A DNA stretch of 64,000 nt from Haliotis rufescens (taxonomy: Eukaryota): NCBI RefSeq assembly GCF_023055435.1, contig NW_025963802.1:742355-806354 (forward strand), given 5' to 3'. This document shows positions 58,185 to 64,000 of the stretch, one piece after another. The notes beneath the pieces are model-generated. The model worked only from the letters and a program-made list of their open reading frames with translations. It was not told the origin of the DNA and ran no database searches. A program made the position numbers and the translations under genes. The stretch's first letter is position 1, and each line of letters starts with the position of its first letter.

Positions 58185-60185
58185 TCTCAGGTGGAATCAT
58201 GATGGCAAGCTGTGACTATCTGATCTCAGGTGGAATCATGATGGCAAGCTGTGACTATCTGATCTCAGGTGGAATCATGATGACAAGCTGTGACTATCTG
58301 ATGTCAGGTGGAATCATGATGACAAGCTGTGACTATCTGATCTCAGGTGGAATCATGATAACAAGCTGTGACTATCTGATCTCTGGTGGATTCATGATGG
58401 CAAGCTGTGACTATCTGATCTCTGGTGGAATCATGATGACAAGCTGATGACTATCTGATCTCAGGTGGAATCATGATGACAAGCTGTGAATATCTGATCT
58501 CTCGTGAAATCATGATGACAAGCTGTGAATATCTGATCTCTCGTGAAATCATGATGACAAGCTGTGACTATCTGATCTCTCGTGAAATCATGATGACAAG
58601 CTGTGAATATCTGATCTCTCGTGAAATCATGATAACAAGCTGTGACTATCTGATCTCTGGTGGATTCATGATGGCAAGCTGTGACTATCTGATCTCTGGT
58701 GGATTCATGATGACAAGCTGATGACTATCTGATCTCAGGTGGAATCATGATGACAAGCTGTGACTATCTGATCTCAGGTGGAATCATGATAACAAGCTGT
58801 GACTATCTGATCTCAGGTGGAATCATGATGACAAGCTGTGACTATCTGATCTCTGGTGGATTCATGATGACAAGCTGTGACTATCTGATCTCTGGTGGAA
58901 TCATGATGACAAGCTGTGACTATCTGATCTCTGGTGGAATCATGATGACAAGCTGTGACTATCTGATCTCAGGTGGAATCATGATGACAAGCTGTGACTA
59001 TCTGATCTCAGGTGGAATCATGATAACAAGCTGTGACTATCTGATCTCAGGTGGAATCATGATGACAAGCTGTGACTATCTGATCTCAGGTGGATTCATG
59101 ATGGCAAGCTGTGACTATCTGATCTCTGGTGGAATCATGATGACAAGCTGTGACTATCTGATCTCAGGTGGAATCATGATGACAAGCTGTGACTTTCTGA
59201 TCTCAGGTGGAATCCTGATGACAAGCTGTGACTATCTGATCTCTCGTGAAATCATGATGACAAGCTGTGACTATCTGATCTCTCGTGAAATCATGATGAC
59301 AAGCTGTGAATATCTGATCTCTCGTGAAATCATGATAACAAGCTGTGACTATCTGATCTCTGGTGGATTCATGATGGCAAGCTGTGACTATCTGATCTCT
59401 GGTGGATTCATGATGACAAGCTGATGACTATCTGATCTCAGGTGGAATCATGATGACAAGCTGTGACTATCTGATCTCAGGTGGAATCATGATAACAAGC
59501 TGTGACTATCTGATCTCAGGTGGAATCATGATGACAAGCTGTGACTATCTGATCTCTGGTGGATTCATGATGGCAAGCTGTGACTATCTGATCTCTGGTG
59601 GAATCATGATGACAAGCTGTGACTATCTGATCTCTGGTGGAATCATGATGACAAGCTGTGACTATCTGATCTCAGGTGGAATCATGATGACAAGCTGTGA
59701 CTATCTGATCTCAGGTGGAATCATGATAACAAGCTGTGACTATCTGATCTCAGGTGGAATCATGATGACAAGCTGTGACTATCTGATCTCAGGTGGATTC
59801 ATGATGGCAAGCTGTGACTATCTGATCTCTGGTGGAATCATGATGACAAGCTGTGACTATCTGATCTCAGGTGGAATCATGATGACAAGCTGTGACTTTC
59901 TGATCTCAGGTGGAATCCTGATGACAAGCTGTGACTATCTGATCTCAGGTGGAATCATGATGACAAGGTAATGAATATCTGATCTCTCGTGAAATCATGA
60001 TGACAAGCTGTGACTATCTGATCTCTCGTGAATTCATGATGACAAGCTGTGACTATCTGATCTCTGGTGAAATCATGATGACAAGCTGTGACTATCTGAT
60101 CTCTCGTGAAATCATGATGACAAGCTGTGACTATCTGATCTCTCGTGAAATCATGATGACAAGCTGATCCCTTGTGGAATCATGA
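58185..60185. repeat. 39-bp satellite (unit ctgatctcaggtggaatcatgatgacaagctgtgactat, about 51 copies) with higher-order punctuation
   Basis: A period of 39 bp equals 13 codons (MMTSCDYLISGGI). The variant subunits are tctcaggtggaatc, tctctggtggattc and tctctcgtgaaatc. A 1-nt-longer unit (caagctgatgactat) recurs at 58447, 58721, 59424 and about 59971, spaced 274 bp (seven units plus one) or 703 bp (18 units plus one). These break the artifactual ORFs into 82-, 82-, 225- and 173-aa pieces. Confidence 0.9.
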
Positions 60186-60469
60186 TGACAAGCTGTGACA
60201 GGCACGTTTATATATAAGTGAAAAAATTGATTGGTGATTAGGTTTGACAGGGAACAATTTCAGTTAAGAATCTTGTTTTCTTTAAAGCGTGCACTCTTGT
60301 TGTCTCTTGTTCCTGTAAGGTTATTTGTAAGGTACATATCATAATGTGAGATCAATGTGCAGTAAGTGCCAGATTGCACCTACTAATTAATCAAAGACAA
60401 ACACTCAACCCTTATTTACGTGAAATAACGAATAAAACACCATATGTATTCTAATAATATCTAAGGCGC

Positions 60470-60722
60470 CGTGATTCGCTGTGCAGAGTTGCGTCCCTTG
60501 GGCACGCCAGAAACCTAATAGTATGATTGTGGGTTCGAATCCCGGTTCGCCCCGATTATGTTTCTAGGTTTGTCAGCACCATACCCGTGCTCGTGGGTTT
60601 CACCGAAGTGGTAAACGTATGAGACCTGCATCACTTCGGGCTTTCCTCCCACATTAAGCTGACACGCCGCGATATAACTGGAATATTTTTAAAAGCGGCG
60701 TTTAACCCAACTCACTCACTCG
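60470..60722 (+). mobile_element. SINE-C copy, 5'-truncated
   Basis: Reads ...gcagagttgcgtcccttgggcacgccagaaacctaatagtatgattgtgggttcgaatcccggttcgcc...cgccgcgatataactggaatatttttaaaagcggcgtttaacccaactcactcactc. Confidence 0.75.
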
Positions 60723-62029
60723 AATAATATCATGTCTATGGAATAGCTATTATCAAGTCAATGGTTTTATTCCGCGCATGCATATATTTATTACCCACCT
60801 CAAAGGCAACTGGGGTTGTATACTCCCCGTTGAGCTGAGAATGAAATTCAAGTGTATACTGATCAATTGACCAGGGCAATAATACTGTAGTGCCACGAGA
60901 ATTCACTGAATGCAATGAGGACGTTATATATGGACTTTTAGAAAACGTAATGGATAGTACACCTATCATATTTAAGCCTTTAAACATTGACATGTTTTGA
61001 ATGTCATGGTGTATCATGCACTCTGATATCTTTAATCCTTTTTTTGATGAATGTTCTTATAAATAACTGATACTTGTTGTTACTATTTTATTTTATATGA
61101 TTGCAATACAACATATGTCCACCCCTTGCTGGTCACAACTAATACCGCCTTTGTTGTTGCTCACGGCACATCATTAGATAGTAATGCAGAGCTCCAGATA
61201 AGCTGCGTATCTGCGTGAAATACGCATAAAAACTGCAGAAATACGCAGTAAAATAAAATCCAAGCGTATCAAATACGCAACGAATCTTACAGATACGCTA
61301 CAAAAATAAAACTTGTGCGTATCATCAAAATAATGTTAAGTTACCCTGCGTATTCGATTAGCCAATCAGCAACTTATTTTGAAATTATAAACGGGCATTC
61401 CGTCAAACTTGCCAAACTCCACGATGACAGTTACATCATGATCATTTGCAATCACACTTTCTTGTGGAAGTATCGTGGTATTTTTGAGTCCTATAAAGCT
61501 CTCGAACCCACACGACACCAGTTTGCAAGAACCAGATGAATAGTGTTTTTAAATATTTAACTTAAATACCCACATGTGTAAAAACAAGTGGGTAACAGAA
61601 ATTTGAATACCCAGATAGAATTACTGATACCCAATGATTTTAAAATGCATGGGTAAAATACCCACAACACCAAAGGCTTATCTGGAGCTCTGGTAATGAG
61701 AGAGATATTCTTACGGTTTGGTTATGCCTGTTTAATCCTGTCATTGTTGGTATCCTGCCTTTGAAACATATACATCTACATCCATGTCAATATTGTTGAT
61801 GGTATATATTTCAGCTGAACTGAAATGGCGCGAAGCTGCACACTAGGCCTCGTGGGATACGGCTGAAACAAAACATGTATATTTTATTTGCCTACATCTG
61901 CGGATTCGTGTGCCGACAATGTCATTGTGGAATTGTTGTGAGTGATTTGTTTTGAATTGGATGTGATATAACGAGACGTAACATCAACTGTATATGCATA
62001 TTCCGTTTTCTGTACTATTCCATTCTGTA

Positions 62030-63145
62030 TTAGAGAGAGTTGGTTAGTTTCTATATAATCAGAGTGAGATGGTTAGTTACTATGTTATTAGAGACAGTTG
62101 GTTATTTACTTACCATCAGTGAGCGATGGTCACTTCCTTTATCATTAGCGAGAGTTGGTTATTTACAGTATCATTAGAGAGATAGTTGGTTACGTACTGT
62201 TTCATAAGAGAGAGTTGGTTACTTACTTTATCATTAGAGAGAGTTGGTTTCTTACATTATCATTAGAGGGAGTTGGTGACTTACTTTATCATTAGAGAGA
62301 GTTGGTTATTTACTGTTTCATAAGAGAGAGTTGGTTACTTACTTAATCATTAGAGAGAGTTGGTTTCTTACATTATCATTAGAGAGAGTTGGTTACAGAC
62401 TGTATCATAAGAGAGAGTTGGTTATTTACTGTTTCGTTAGAGAGAGTTGGTTATTTACTTTATCATAAGAGAGAGAGAGTTGGTTACTTATTTTATCATA
62501 AGAGAGAGTTTGCTACTTACTTTATCATATGAGAGAGTTGGTAATTTACTTCATCATGAGAGAGAGTTAGTTATTTACTTTATCATAAATAAGAGTTGGT
62601 TATTTATTGTTTCATTAGAGAGAGATGTTGTTTACTTTACAATTACAGAGAGTTGGTTACTTGCCTTATCATAAGAGAGAGTTGGTCATTTACTTCATGA
62701 TTGGAGAGTTGGTGACTTACTTCATCATTAGAGTGAGTCGTGACTTACTTTATCATTAGATGAATTTGGTTGTTTTCTTTATCATTAGAGAGTTAATGTT
62801 TGCTTCATTATTAGAGAGTTAGTGACTTACTTCATCATTAGAGAGTTGGTTTTTGTTTTGTTTGTTTGTTGTTTAACGCCGCACTCAGCAATATTCCAGC
62901 TATATGACGGCGGTCTGTAAAATAATCGAGTCTGGACCAGACAATCCAGTGATTAATATCATGAGCATCGATCCACGCAATTGGGATCGATGACATGCAT
63001 CAACCAAGTCAGCGAGCCTGACCACCCGATCTCGTTAGTCGCCTTTTACGACAAGCATAGTCGCCTTTTACGGCATGCATTGGTTGCTGAAGACTGTGAC
63101 TTACTTCATCATTAGAGAGTTGATGACTTACTTCAGTAGTATATA
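62030..63145. repeat. Satellite with a unit of about 29-32 bp (unit (a)gagagagttggttacttactttatcatt), split by a SINE-A insertion
   Basis: About 27 units lie before the SINE at 62857-63097 and two after it. This explains ORF 62447..62674. Confidence 0.8.
62857..63097 (-). mobile_element. SINE-A copy inserted in the 30-bp satellite near 62 kb
   Basis: Reads ttttgttttgtttgtttgttgtttaacgccgcactcagcaatattccagctatatgacggcggtctgtaaaataatcgagtctggaccagacaatccagtgattaatatc...ggttgctgaagac. The satellite continues after 63097. Confidence 0.75.
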
Positions 63146-64000
63146 ACGGGTCGCCAGAAGGCCATTTTGGTTGATCCGGTTGATCCAGGCATATGCGAAG
63201 TTGATTGGCTGATCCAAGTCACGTGATCGGATAGGATGACTCATGCATCAACAACGCGTCGGGAAAAGGGGGGAATGAAAGGTGTGTGTTTATAAGGCAG
63301 AAAAGAATTCATAAGAAAACAAAAGTAAAGGGTTATGAATAGAGCTATGTGTATAGCGTGCTGCCCTAAATAGACAGACCGTACCCGTCAGCCCAGTTTG
63401 AATTGAGCGCGCTTGACAACTGACGTGGCCTCGTCGTTTAACCCGCGCTCGCTAGAGCGTGCGACCGGTTTTGATGAATACAGGGTGTGTGTTGAAAGTA
63501 CATCATACCACAATAGAGACGGGTTGTGTCAACATGATATACGCCGGGTAATGTAGGAATAAAAAATGTACGTCTAGCTGGATCAAATTCATCTTCTACG
63601 GTCTACAAGTTGTACACAATGAACGTTAGACAACCTGTATAGAAAAAAATATAGACAACATAGATAAGACTACACAATCAGCAAGCTAGCAGTGTCGTTT
63701 AATTACATTTAGCGCGCAACAACGAAGTAGTCACGTCACCCTGCATTGACTATAACGCTGAAGGCAGCCGGATTTCGAATCACCCGCGCTGCGTACTATT
63801 GTGAACCATTTGTAAAGAATTATTCAGCCCTATGTCCCGACTTGCTGTTTCAATGCTAGCTTTTCCATTTAACGCGATGACAAATAACCCCTACGGTTTG
63901 AGTCTTAACCGTGTAACATGATGTGCACAGTTTTACTTCAGAACGTGCTATTTTGAAAATAGATAGAAAACTGATAAGTACATGTAGCAGTGTGACGACA

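Noticed and set aside
58199-59971. Long plus-strand ORFs (82, 82, 225 and 173 aa) consisting of MMTSCDYLISGGI repeats
   Set aside because: They are produced purely by a 39-bp satellite (39 is three times 13). The ORF breaks coincide with +1-nt variant units. There are no start-site, splice or other gene features.

Overview
This window is nuclear genomic DNA from a metazoan, not a prokaryote. The repeat content (tRNA-derived SINEs with (ACTC)n or (CAAA)n tails, Tc1/mariner relics, kilobase-scale satellites) and the gene conservation look like a lophotrochozoan, possibly a mollusc, though the sequence alone cannot settle this. Splice-aware reading of the six-frame track recovers two multi-exon genes arranged head to head. 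One is an NHP2 (H/ACA snoRNP, L7Ae family) orthologue on the minus strand, with four coding exons at 2218..6765 and a 153-aa product. The other is a PUF60 (poly-U-binding splicing factor; RRM1, RRM2, UHM) orthologue on the plus strand, with at least 13 coding exons at 11169..25284. The remainder is repeat-rich non-coding DNA. It holds three SINE subfamilies that share a conserved 3' domain (20 or more copies, several with target-site duplications). It also holds a Tc1-like DD34E transposase pseudogene, a mariner-derived MITE with a TA duplication, a Tc1-type MITE, several foldback or palindromic elements, and an unclassified G-rich TATA-containing repeat family present in four clustered copies. 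Beyond these there are six tandem satellite arrays (30, 37, about 32, 33, 39 and about 30 bp units, some with higher-order structure), tandem segmental duplications of 2.2 kb and 0.8 kb, and long poly-C tracts. I found no rRNA gene, genuine tRNA gene, CRISPR array, operon or other prokaryotic-type system. Most long ORFs in the supplied track are in-frame satellite repeats or transposon relics. The most interesting items are the divergent NHP2-PUF60 pair with its satellite- and transposon-laden intergenic region, the modular SINE family, the G-rich/TATA repeat family and the foldback structures.
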